Of a stretch of DNA of 64,000 nucleotides, positions 18,613-26,635 are shown piece by piece (within the stretch, counting starts at the first letter, position 1; the number at the start of each line of letters is the position of its first letter). The stretch is from Acidimicrobiia bacterium (GTDB lineage Bacteria > Actinomycetota > Acidimicrobiia > IMCC26256 > JAGNEX01). Location: assembly GCA_018003035.1 (NCBI GenBank), contig JAGNEX010000008.1:10167-74166 (forward strand). The letters are read 5' to 3'. The notes beneath the pieces were generated by a model. The model was given only the letters and a program-made list of their open reading frames with translations, made no database searches and had not been told where the DNA came from. A program made the position numbers and the translations under genes.

Positions 18613-20079
18613 GTGACGTTCAACTCGATCCAGTACTTCGTATTCTTCGCCATCGTCTGTGGCGGGTTCTGGGGTCTCCGGCAACTCGGCGTCTCGCACC
18701 GCGTCCGCAATTTTCTGCTACTCATCGCGTCATATGTCTTTTATGGCTGGTGGGACTGGCGTTTCCTCAGCCTGTTGTGGATCTCGACGATCGTCGACTA
18801 CCTGGTCGGTGGACGACTTCACCGCACGGAGGACCCGAAGAAGCGCAAGCGGTTGCTGTGGGTATCCATCACGGTCAACCTGGGCATCCTGGGGGTCTTT
18901 AAGTACTTCAACTTCTTCTACGACTCCTTCCAAGATCTGCTCGGCGAACTGGGAATCTCCTTCAGCGGGCCGGCGCTGCACGTCATCCTTCCGGTCGGGG
19001 TCAGCTTCTACACCTTCCAGACGCTGAGCTATGCGCTGGACATTTATCTCCGGCGGATGGAGCCGACCGATTCGCCACTCGACTTCGCACTCTTCGTGGC
19101 CTACTTCCCTCAGCTGGTCGCGGGACCGATCGAACGTGCTCGTGAGCTTCTGCCCCAGCTGAGTATCGAACGCCCGCCGCTGACCAAAGCGACCGTCAAC
19201 GAGGCCTACAGCCTGATCCTGATGGGCCTGTTCAAGAAGGTGGTGATTGCCGACGGTCTGGCCGGGTTCGTCGACGACGTCTTTAAAGATCCTGGCGACT
19301 TTGGGTGGCTGACGTCGTGGGCGGCCTTGTTTGCCCTCGCCTTGCAGGTGTACTGCGACTTTGCTGGTTACACCGACATCGCTCGCGGTTCATCCAAACT
19401 CTTTGGTATCGACTTGATGGAGAACTTCCGTCAACCGTTCCGGGCCACAACGTTTTCAAACATGTGGAACCGCTGGCATATCTCGCTGACGTCATGGATC
19501 CGTGACTACGTCTTCTTCCCGCTCGGCGGGTCTCACGGTAATGAACGGAAAGTGGCCCGAAACCTGCTGCTTGTGTACCTGGCGGTCGGTCTGTGGCACG
19601 GGGCCCGCTGGACCTTTGTCATCTGGGGCTTCATCAACGGTCTCTGGATCGTTGCCGAGCGTGAGTGGATCGCATGGCGCAAACGGCGCGGGTATCAACC
19701 GCCGGAATGGCGTTCACGAATGTGGGCAAAGTTCCTTGGCCCGATCTACGTGATGACCACCTTCTGTACCCTCGGGGTGTTCTTTCGAGCACAGTCGGCG
19801 AGCGCCGGTTGGGAGCAGTTGTACGACATCTTTACGTTGCAGTCGGGTCCCGTTGAGTGGGGCTATCTGTTGACGCTCGCGCTCGCATCGGCCGCCGTGT
19901 GGTATCTCGACCAACTCGAGATCACTACCCAGAAAGAAACCGAGGTCGGTGAGTTGGACCCCGGCGATCGCATTCAGACGATCCGCTGGACCGACCACAT
20001 CCGCAACGCGGTCTTCATCGTGCTGATCCTGGTCTACAGCGGCGAAACCGCTGTTCCGTTTATCTACTTCGAGTTCTAG
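18613..20079 (+). CDS. MBOAT family O-acyltransferase (AlgI/DltB/PatA-like)
   Basis: The GTG start gives VTFNSIQYFVFF, the typical MBOAT N-terminus. Has the conserved FYTFQTLSY, PIERA and catalytic-His region RWHISLTSWIRDYVFFPLGG. Confidence 0.9.
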   Translation: MTFNSIQYFVFFAIVCGGFWGLRQLGVSHRVRNFLLLIASYVFYGWWDWRFLSLLWISTIVDYLVGGRLHRTEDPKKRKRLLWVSITVNLGILGVFKYFNFFYDSFQDLLGELGISFSGPALHVILPVGVSFYTFQTLSYALDIYLRRMEPTDSPLDFALFVAYFPQLVAGPIERARELLPQLSIERPPLTKATVNEAYSLILMGLFKKVVIADGLAGFVDDVFKDPGDFGWLTSWAALFALALQVYCDFAGYTDIARGSSKLFGIDLMENFRQPFRATTFSNMWNRWHISLTSWIRDYVFFPLGGSHGNERKVARNLLLVYLAVGLWHGARWTFVIWGFINGLWIVAEREWIAWRKRRGYQPPEWRSRMWAKFLGPIYVMTTFCTLGVFFRAQSASAGWEQLYDIFTLQSGPVEWGYLLTLALASAAVWYLDQLEITTQKETEVGELDPGDRIQTIRWTDHIRNAVFIVLILVYSGETAVPFIYFEF

Positions 20080-20089
20080 GAGGGTGTCG

Positions 20090-21280
20090 ATGAACGTTCT
20101 GGCACCCTTTGTGCCCACAAGGCGAAACGTGTTCCGAGGGGTAGTCACCCTGCTCGTCGCGCTCCTTATCGCTGAGGGGGCGGCGCGGCTGATCAACCCG
20201 TACTTGTTGCCGTCACTGTCCTGGTATCAGTGGATCGCTCAAGCAAAGATCGAACAACTCCACGATTTTGCTGATGACGATGCCTGCATCGGCACGATGA
20301 CGATCGGCAGCTCGATGACGGGCGAAGGCATCGACCCCGAGGTCTTGAAGTCGTTGGGCACCAGCCCCTTGGTTTACGACGCAGCCATCAACTCGGCATC
20401 GGCAGAGATCGTCCATGACTGGTTGTCTAACCACGTGCTCAAAGAAGTCACGCCGCAAGCCGTGGTCATGGGGCTTGCACCCATCGACCTGAGCGGACGG
20501 GCCGAAGAACAGATCACCGCGACCGAGCGATACTTCTCCTCCCGAGCCGCTAGAACGGACTGGCTCGGGCGCCTCGACCGCTTCGGGTCGAGATACTCGG
20601 TGCTGGTTCGGGAACGTCCCCAACTCCGCGACGGCGAAGAGATAGTCGACGCGCTGCGCCGTATCAAAGCTGGCGACAAGTCCCCCTCCTCGCTCGACGT
20701 CGTGCGTCTGACCGTGCCGATGACCGATCGCGGCTATACCCCGCGCAACACCCAGGATGTCTGGCAGCCAGACACACCCGAAGGGCGGCGTACCGGCGAG
20801 TTCACCCGCCAGAACTTCCTCAACGACTATCGGTTGGGACCTGAGCAGATCGACGCTGTCGGCGAGATTGCGGATCTGTTGGCTGATCGCGGCATCCCGT
20901 TCGTCATCGCCGAGACGCCATTCACTCAGTACGCGACCGATGCCCTTCCGGGTAAAGAGGCCGACCGTGAGGCGTTCGAACGGGCGATGACCAAGCTGGC
21001 AGACGAGCACAACATCACGTTCATCCCGGTGGACGCTGCACTCGAAGTCGACCAGAACTTCACCGACCCGATCCACCTCAACAAGGTGGGCGCAGTCAAG
21101 TTCTCAGAGCACATCAACGCGGCGCTCGCCGATGCCGAACTCACTCCCCTGCCATGTGGAGAAGCGGCGGACCCTGATGAGCCCACCGCTTCTCGTGCGT
21201 CTTCAACGTCCCGAGCTTCCTCGGGGCGGTCCGATCAAGTCGACTCAGCGTCGGTGGCGACCTCCGCGAACGTCGGCTGA
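20090..21280 (+). CDS. MBOAT-associated extracytoplasmic protein (DltD/AlgJ/SGNH-like), function unassigned
   Basis: GGAGG lies 6 nt upstream of the ATG. Has an N-terminal TM anchor, a C-terminal DPIHLNKVG block resembling the SGNH/DltD D-x-x-H motif, and a Ser-rich tail. It begins 10 nt after the MBOAT stop. Confidence 0.5.
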   Translation: MNVLAPFVPTRRNVFRGVVTLLVALLIAEGAARLINPYLLPSLSWYQWIAQAKIEQLHDFADDDACIGTMTIGSSMTGEGIDPEVLKSLGTSPLVYDAAINSASAEIVHDWLSNHVLKEVTPQAVVMGLAPIDLSGRAEEQITATERYFSSRAARTDWLGRLDRFGSRYSVLVRERPQLRDGEEIVDALRRIKAGDKSPSSLDVVRLTVPMTDRGYTPRNTQDVWQPDTPEGRRTGEFTRQNFLNDYRLGPEQIDAVGEIADLLADRGIPFVIAETPFTQYATDALPGKEADREAFERAMTKLADEHNITFIPVDAALEVDQNFTDPIHLNKVGAVKFSEHINAALADAELTPLPCGEAADPDEPTASRASSTSRASSGRSDQVDSASVATSANVG

Positions 21281-21300
21281 CCGCCGATTTTCACCGGCGG
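21281..21300. terminator. Hairpin between convergent genes (CCGCCG-ATTTTCAC-CGGCGG)
   Basis: 6-bp GC stem directly after the stop of the MBOAT partner gene. There is no U-tract. Confidence 0.3.
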
Positions 21301-21334
21301 CGCACCCGTGTGAGTACGCCGCCCGTGAGAGGAC

Positions 21335-22516
21335 CTAGACGGTGCGAATGATGATCGCGTCGCCTTGACCGCCGCCGCCGCACAGTGCAGCAGCGCCGGT
21401 GCCGCCACCACGGCGGATCAGCTCGTTGATCAACGTGACCAGTACGCGGTTGCCCGACGCTCCGACCGGGTGACCCAATGCGATCGCCCCGCCGTTGACG
21501 TTGACGATGTCGTCCTTGATGTCCAGCTGCGCCATGGACGCCAAGCCGACCGCAGCGAAGGCTTCGTTCAGCTCGAACAGGTCGATGTCGCTCGTCGACA
21601 GGCCTGCCTTCTCCTGAGCTTGAAGAATCGCTCGTGACGGCTGGGTCAGCAGCGAGGGGTCAGGTCCAGCGACCATTCCGTAGGACACGACCTCGGCCAT
21701 CGGAGCGATGCCCAACTCATCGGCCTTGTCCTTGCTCATCAAGATCGTCACCGACGCTCCGTCAGAAATCTGCGAAGCGTTTCCAGCGGTGATGGTGCCG
21801 TCCTTGGCGAACGCAGGTCGCAGCTGGCCAAGGCCGTCTGCGGTCGTCTCGCCACGAACACCTTCGTCTACAGAGACGATGACTGGGTCGCCACGGCGCT
21901 GCGGGACGGGGACCGGGACGATCTCGTTAGCAAAACGACCCTCAGCTTGAGCCTGTGCGGCGCGTTGGTGGCTTTTTGCCGCCAACTCATCCTGAGCCTC
22001 ACGGGCGATGTTGCCGGCATCCGCGTAGCGCTGGGTGCCAGCGCCCATGTGGACCGCGTCGAATGCGCACCACAGGCCGTCGTTGATCATCGAGTCGATC
22101 AGCTCGCCGTTGCCCATGCGGTAGCCGGCACGTGCGCCCGGCAGCAGGTATGGAGCGTTGGTCATCGACTCCATACCGCCGGCGATCACGATGTCGGCGT
22201 CACCGGAGGCGATCATCTGGTCTGCCATGTAGACGGCGTTCAAGCCCGACAGGCACACCTTGTTGATGGTGTTGGCAGGGACGTGCATGCCGACGCCACC
22301 GTTGTTGGCGGCCTGGCGGGACGTGATCTGGCCTTGGCCGGCCTGGAGCACCTGACCCATGATGACGTAGTCGACGTCATCGCCAGCGATGCCGGCACGT
22401 TCGAGCGCTGCTTTGATCGCGACACCACCTAGGTCTGTGGCGCGCATCGAAGCAAATGCTCCCTGCATTTTCCCGATCGGTGTACGGGCGGTCGAAACAA
22501 TGACGGATCCAGGCAT
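21335..22516 (-). CDS. Acetyl-CoA C-acetyltransferase (thiolase II)
   Basis: Start at MPGSVIVSTARTPIGK with GAAAGGA upstream. Has the active-site regions NKVCLSGLNAV, NGGAIALGHPVGASG and CGGGGQG. Confidence 0.93.
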   Translation of the reverse strand: MPGSVIVSTARTPIGKMQGAFASMRATDLGGVAIKAALERAGIAGDDVDYVIMGQVLQAGQGQITSRQAANNGGVGMHVPANTINKVCLSGLNAVYMADQMIASGDADIVIAGGMESMTNAPYLLPGARAGYRMGNGELIDSMINDGLWCAFDAVHMGAGTQRYADAGNIAREAQDELAAKSHQRAAQAQAEGRFANEIVPVPVPQRRGDPVIVSVDEGVRGETTADGLGQLRPAFAKDGTITAGNASQISDGASVTILMSKDKADELGIAPMAEVVSYGMVAGPDPSLLTQPSRAILQAQEKAGLSTSDIDLFELNEAFAAVGLASMAQLDIKDDIVNVNGGAIALGHPVGASGNRVLVTLINELIRRGGGTGAAALCGGGGQGDAIIIRTV

Positions 22517-22786
22517 GTTGGAGTCCTTTCCATGGGCTGGCGGTGCGCCATATAACCATCGAAGCGGGCGTTTTGTTCTCTCACTCACGCCCAATAGCCC
22601 CGATGCGTGGCGCAGATGCTACTTGGTGGCCCGAAACGGTTTACGACCGATGTCAAAGCGTCAACCTGGCTGACCGATTGCGGGCCTCGGGAGGCGTGTC
22701 TGCATGACCACCCGGCCAGGGGGCCCCGCTGCCTCAGTCGGGCCCGGGGTGACAGAAATTTCGGTGGCTCTACTAGCGTGCCGCCA

Positions 22787-23512
22787 ATGGTTGCGGGGCT
22801 TGCTTTCTTGGCGACAGCGGTTGCCACAATGTTTTGGCAGAACCTGACGATTCGTTGGTCGCAGACCAAAAGCGCCTATCACGGTGCATGGGCCGTGTCG
22901 CTTGCGATGTTCGCGTTGGGGTCTGCAATGTTGGCCGTCGGGACGTCCACCAGCTGGGACCGTGGGATTTTCCGGGCCTACTTCTTGTTCGGGGCCATTT
23001 TGAACGTCCCCTGGTTGGCGATGGGGACTCTCCACCTGATCGCGTCGCCCAAGGTCGCGCGCCGAGTGCAGAACGGGCTACTCGTCTTTTCGGGTGTAGC
23101 CGCAGGCGTTCTGATGTCGGCGCCCATGGTGGACGTGCTGCCTAATCAGGTCATCCCGGTCGGCAAGGAAGTTTTCACCGCTCCACTTCCGCGGATTTTG
23201 GCGGCGATTGCCAGTTCGGTGGGTGCCCTCGTGGTGTTCGGCGGCGCGGCGTGGTCGGCGTTCAAACTGATCCGATCAGACGATCGCAATGCAGTCATTC
23301 GTAGCCGAGTGACCGTCAATGTCTGTATTGCGTTGGGCACGTTGATCTTGGCCCTCGGGGGTGTCGGCAACGGCCACCGCCCTGAATGGTTTGCGTTTTC
23401 GTTGGCCGCCGGGATCGGCGTCATGTTTGCCGGGTTCCGATATGCCGAACGTTCCAGCGCCCAGGCCAAGATTCGTTCCGCCAACCTGGCTGCCGAGCCA
23501 ACGGGCAACTAG
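22787..23512 (+). CDS. Hypothetical polytopic membrane protein
   Basis: About 240 aa with 7-8 hydrophobic segments from MVAGLAFLATAV. The upstream part of the track ORF is Arg/Pro-rich and probably not translated. Confidence 0.55.
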   Translation: MVAGLAFLATAVATMFWQNLTIRWSQTKSAYHGAWAVSLAMFALGSAMLAVGTSTSWDRGIFRAYFLFGAILNVPWLAMGTLHLIASPKVARRVQNGLLVFSGVAAGVLMSAPMVDVLPNQVIPVGKEVFTAPLPRILAAIASSVGALVVFGGAAWSAFKLIRSDDRNAVIRSRVTVNVCIALGTLILALGGVGNGHRPEWFAFSLAAGIGVMFAGFRYAERSSAQAKIRSANLAAEPTGN

Positions 23513-23535
23513 CCGATTGGCGGTTGACGAGGGCT

Positions 23536-24366
23536 CTAGCTGGTCGGCAACAGGGCCATGTGCCGAGACGCCGCCGTGCGCGAATCTGACCATTCGGTCA
23601 TGAAGCTGCAGCGGCTGCCCCGAAGGATGGTGATCCGCCATTCGAGCGGGTGGTCATTCAACCAGCTTTGCCGTTCGACACGGAACGCGGCTTCGTCGGG
23701 ATCGGCCTGGAGCAGTTCGTTCACTTCCGCTGCCGGAACGGTCGGTGTGCAACGTTCCCGCCCGCGGTTGGGGCGGATTCCGCACAGCGCCTCAAGCTGG
23801 TCATACAGAGCGGTCCGCGAGAAGTCGGCGTCGAGAAGCGGCCGAGCGATCGTCGCGGGCAACCAAGCCCGGTCGACGGCGAGCGGTTCGTCGCCGGCCC
23901 ACCTCAGCCGTTCGACGTGGATGAGTTCAGCGGTCTCGGGGAGCGCCAGATGGTCGGCGGCGACGGGGTCTTTGACGACGTCGAGCGCTAACACGTCGCT
24001 TCGTTGTTCGACCCCCTGGTCTTCGATGCTCGAGAACAGGCTGTAGAGGGCACCCAAAGGTTGTTCGAACTCGGCCCGGTTGACGACCGTTCCCCGGCCG
24101 CGTTGCCGATCGAGCACACCTGATCGGTTGAGGTGGCGTATCGCTTCGCGAACGGTGTGGCGGCTGACTTCGTATTCGCGGGTTAGTTGGGCTTCGGTTG
24201 GGAAGCGATCGTCAAACTCGCGGGCTTCAAGTCGCTGCCGGAGCAGCGCTTCCAACTGCGCCCAAAGAGGCGTTGGGCTCTCGCGATCTAGCCGGGCGAT
24301 CACTCTGTTGTTCCTCCGGTGTTGCCAGGGTGCTTCCGTCGCTGACATGCCCATGGTCTTGGTCAC
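23536..24366 (-). CDS. GntR family transcriptional regulator (HutC/UTRA subtype)
   Basis: Winged-HTH segment FPTEAQLTREYEVSRHTVREAIRHLNRSGVLDRQRGRGTVV, followed by a UTRA-like C-terminal half. Confidence 0.88.
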   Translation of the reverse strand: MTKTMGMSATEAPWQHRRNNRVIARLDRESPTPLWAQLEALLRQRLEAREFDDRFPTEAQLTREYEVSRHTVREAIRHLNRSGVLDRQRGRGTVVNRAEFEQPLGALYSLFSSIEDQGVEQRSDVLALDVVKDPVAADHLALPETAELIHVERLRWAGDEPLAVDRAWLPATIARPLLDADFSRTALYDQLEALCGIRPNRGRERCTPTVPAAEVNELLQADPDEAAFRVERQSWLNDHPLEWRITILRGSRCSFMTEWSDSRTAASRHMALLPTS

Positions 24367-24480
24367 GGTCGCTCAGCCGAACTCGCCAGAGGCTACCGGT
24401 CTCGTACCCCGGGGGTTAAAGAATCGGTAACGCTGACCAGCTTCGGGTGGACGTTGATCGGAAGTAGGTTGCAACGCCCA

Positions 24481-24494
24481 ATTGTACGGACAAT
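24481..24494. promoter_or_regulatory. Candidate GntR operator: palindrome ATTGT-ACGG-ACAAT
   Basis: Perfect 5+5 inverted repeat in the GntR/rhodanese divergent intergenic region, 10 nt upstream of the rhodanese ATG. Confidence 0.3.
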
Positions 24495-24503
24495 CATGAG
24501 TGC

Positions 24504-24983
24504 ATGTTCCGCAAACTCACGATCCTCACCTTTGCCGTGTTGTGTTTGGCCGTTTCGCTGCTCAGCGCGTGTGGTTCAGACGAGTCGGCCGACTCCAACG
24601 ATTCTTCGGAGACGACTGCGTTACCAACCGAATCTGGGGCGAACGGCGCAACTGCAGTTCCCGAGGGCGTCAATCTGGTCGAACCGGTTGAAGCCTCGAA
24701 ACTGATTTCCGAACCGGGTGTTCAACTCATCGATCTCCGCACGCCGGAAGAGTTCGACGAGGGGCACATCGCCGGCGCTGAGATGATCGATTTCTACGCC
24801 GCAGACTTTGGTGACGAGATCGCCAAGCTCGACCGTGACGGCCAGTACGTCATCTACTGCCGTTCCGGCAACCGATCCGGGCAGACCGCAGTGCTCATGC
24901 AGAGCCTCGGGTTCACCAACGTTGCAGACGTCAACGGCGGCATTCTGGCCTGGGAAGGCGCCGGGTTGGACGTCGAAAAGTAG
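24504..24983 (+). CDS. Rhodanese-domain lipoprotein
   Basis: Lipobox LLSAC after a signal peptide. Rhodanese fold with the active-site loop YCRSGNRSG. Confidence 0.88.
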   Translation: MFRKLTILTFAVLCLAVSLLSACGSDESADSNDSSETTALPTESGANGATAVPEGVNLVEPVEASKLISEPGVQLIDLRTPEEFDEGHIAGAEMIDFYAADFGDEIAKLDRDGQYVIYCRSGNRSGQTAVLMQSLGFTNVADVNGGILAWEGAGLDVEK

Positions 24984-25031
24984 GTGTACCGGGCAGGTGC
25001 ACGGCCTCGCCCAGCACATGTGTTTAATCGG

Positions 25032-26276
25032 CTAAGTGACCCCCAGCGCCGAAATGACGACAACCAGAGCGGTCGCTCCACAAAGGTCGACGGTGCTTGT
25101 CACAAACGGGACGCCGTAGTTGTCGGGGTCCAGGCCCAGCCGGTACGTGGCAAAGGTGGCTCCGACGGCGGCCGCGGCGCCCAAGGTGACCGTGGCAGCG
25201 CCGGCAAGAAAGACGATGACCAGCATTTCGGCCACGCTCGGGAGCGCCATGTCCACGACAGCTGCCGCCCCCACGGATGCGAGCGCGATGCCCGCGTACA
25301 GGGGTAACGCCGTGAGATACATCAGGCTCAGATCATCCCCGAGGCTGGTAAAGCTGGGTCGCTGAGGGTCCACCAGCCCCAGGTGCAGCTTGGTGGTCAA
25401 CCGGTTGGAAAGCATCGCGCCCAGCGCGCCAGTGACCGCTAGAAACGCTGGTAAAAGCACCAATAATCCCGGTTCGATGTCAAAGACGCTCGATCCATCC
25501 ACCACGGAGCCGGCGGCGATCTCAAGCAGAGCGCCGACGCACAAAATCCCGACCGACTCATGAACGATCCGTCGCAAGATCGCCCGGTGGGAACGCCATG
25601 CCCGACCGAAAGAGACGACCGCCGCAATGCCGCACAGGACTCCGAGCGCGTCGGTGAGCGCGCCGTGGTCGGCTAGCCGCGTTGCAAAGATCAGGGTCGG
25701 CACCGTCAGAATGTCGCCGATCGACGTGATGAGTGGTGCGGTCACGTTGTCGGCGTCCCATTGCCGCGCCACCGAGAGCTCGGTAATGAAGACCGCGATG
25801 AGCATCGTGATCGCCGATGCGAACAGACCGCCGACCACCGAGATGCTGATGAACTCGGTGAGCGACATCGCAGGGCTGATGCCAAACGCCGTAGCGCCCA
25901 CCTTGGCGAGACACGCGGTTGCCATCGTCATGGCCAGCGACAAGATGAGGCCGGCCATGACGTTCTGGCCGACGACGCTGTCGGGTTTGAGTGACCGCTG
26001 GAAGGTTCCCATGTGGACGGCGGTTCCAAGCCGACCGGCGAGGGCGCCCGACGTCATTCCTTTGAGCCCAGATGCGGCCGGCAGCATCAACAGCAAGCCG
26101 GGGTAGGACTCGATCCGGTCGGTGCTGGTGATCAGCGCAATACCTGCGATCAAGCTGGCAGCGGTCGAGAAGGAGAGCGCTACCAGACTCTGGGTCAGCG
26201 CCGCCCTATCAGCTTGAACGCGACGGGCTACCGAACCAAAAGGACGCGCTGCGACGGAGGGGCGGATGCGGTACAT
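25032..26276 (-). CDS. SLC41/MgtE-like divalent cation transporter (duplicated TM module, no N-terminal/CBS domains)
   Basis: Two homologous halves. Each has a P-x-x-x-G-x-x-G segment and ends in a D(A/P)DN..P..TS.GD block (WDADNVTAPLITSIGDIL and LDPDNYGVPFVTSTVDLCG). Confidence 0.75.
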   Translation of the reverse strand: MYRIRPSVAARPFGSVARRVQADRAALTQSLVALSFSTAASLIAGIALITSTDRIESYPGLLLMLPAASGLKGMTSGALAGRLGTAVHMGTFQRSLKPDSVVGQNVMAGLILSLAMTMATACLAKVGATAFGISPAMSLTEFISISVVGGLFASAITMLIAVFITELSVARQWDADNVTAPLITSIGDILTVPTLIFATRLADHGALTDALGVLCGIAAVVSFGRAWRSHRAILRRIVHESVGILCVGALLEIAAGSVVDGSSVFDIEPGLLVLLPAFLAVTGALGAMLSNRLTTKLHLGLVDPQRPSFTSLGDDLSLMYLTALPLYAGIALASVGAAAVVDMALPSVAEMLVIVFLAGAATVTLGAAAAVGATFATYRLGLDPDNYGVPFVTSTVDLCGATALVVVISALGVT

Positions 26277-26401
26277 GGGCGACTGTGAGACGGATCGCCG
26301 GGCATCGGAAAGGCCTCCGGGCAGCTGGACTGGGCAGGGTGAGTGTAACGCTCGTTCGCCTCGGCTCTAGTCAACCGGGACCGCGAACTAGTCTGACGCC
26401 C

Positions 26402-26635
26402 GTGAGTTCGAATATCGACACGACAGGACCCGAGCATCACGGGTCCGCGGGGCCACAAGGCGCCGGCGAGAGCAAGACCGCACCGGTTGCCGCCGTCGCT
26501 TCGGACGCCCCAGTTCTACCCAGCTCTTCTGGGGACGACCTCGTCGAACTTGCCGACTGCCAACGCGAAATGGCCGAGATCGACTCGCTCCTCGACAGCC
26601 TTGAGTCGGCGCTTTCCGACGAGGCGCGTCGTTGA
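26402..26635 (+). CDS. Hypothetical small acidic protein (weak call)
   Basis: In-frame GTG at 26402. The C-terminal amphipathic helix is DDLVELADCQREMAEIDSLLDSLESALSDE. The stop TGA overlaps the TTG at 26632 of the M23 gene. The N-terminal half is low complexity. Confidence 0.25.
   Translation: MSSNIDTTGPEHHGSAGPQGAGESKTAPVAAVASDAPVLPSSSGDDLVELADCQREMAEIDSLLDSLESALSDEARR

Noticed and set aside
26277-26401. M-box (Mg) riboswitch upstream of the MgtE/SLC41-like gene, and likewise upstream of corA (32010-32206)
   Set aside because: The leaders are too short or lack the characteristic GGUGAGGCUC-type core. I saw nothing resembling the M-box.
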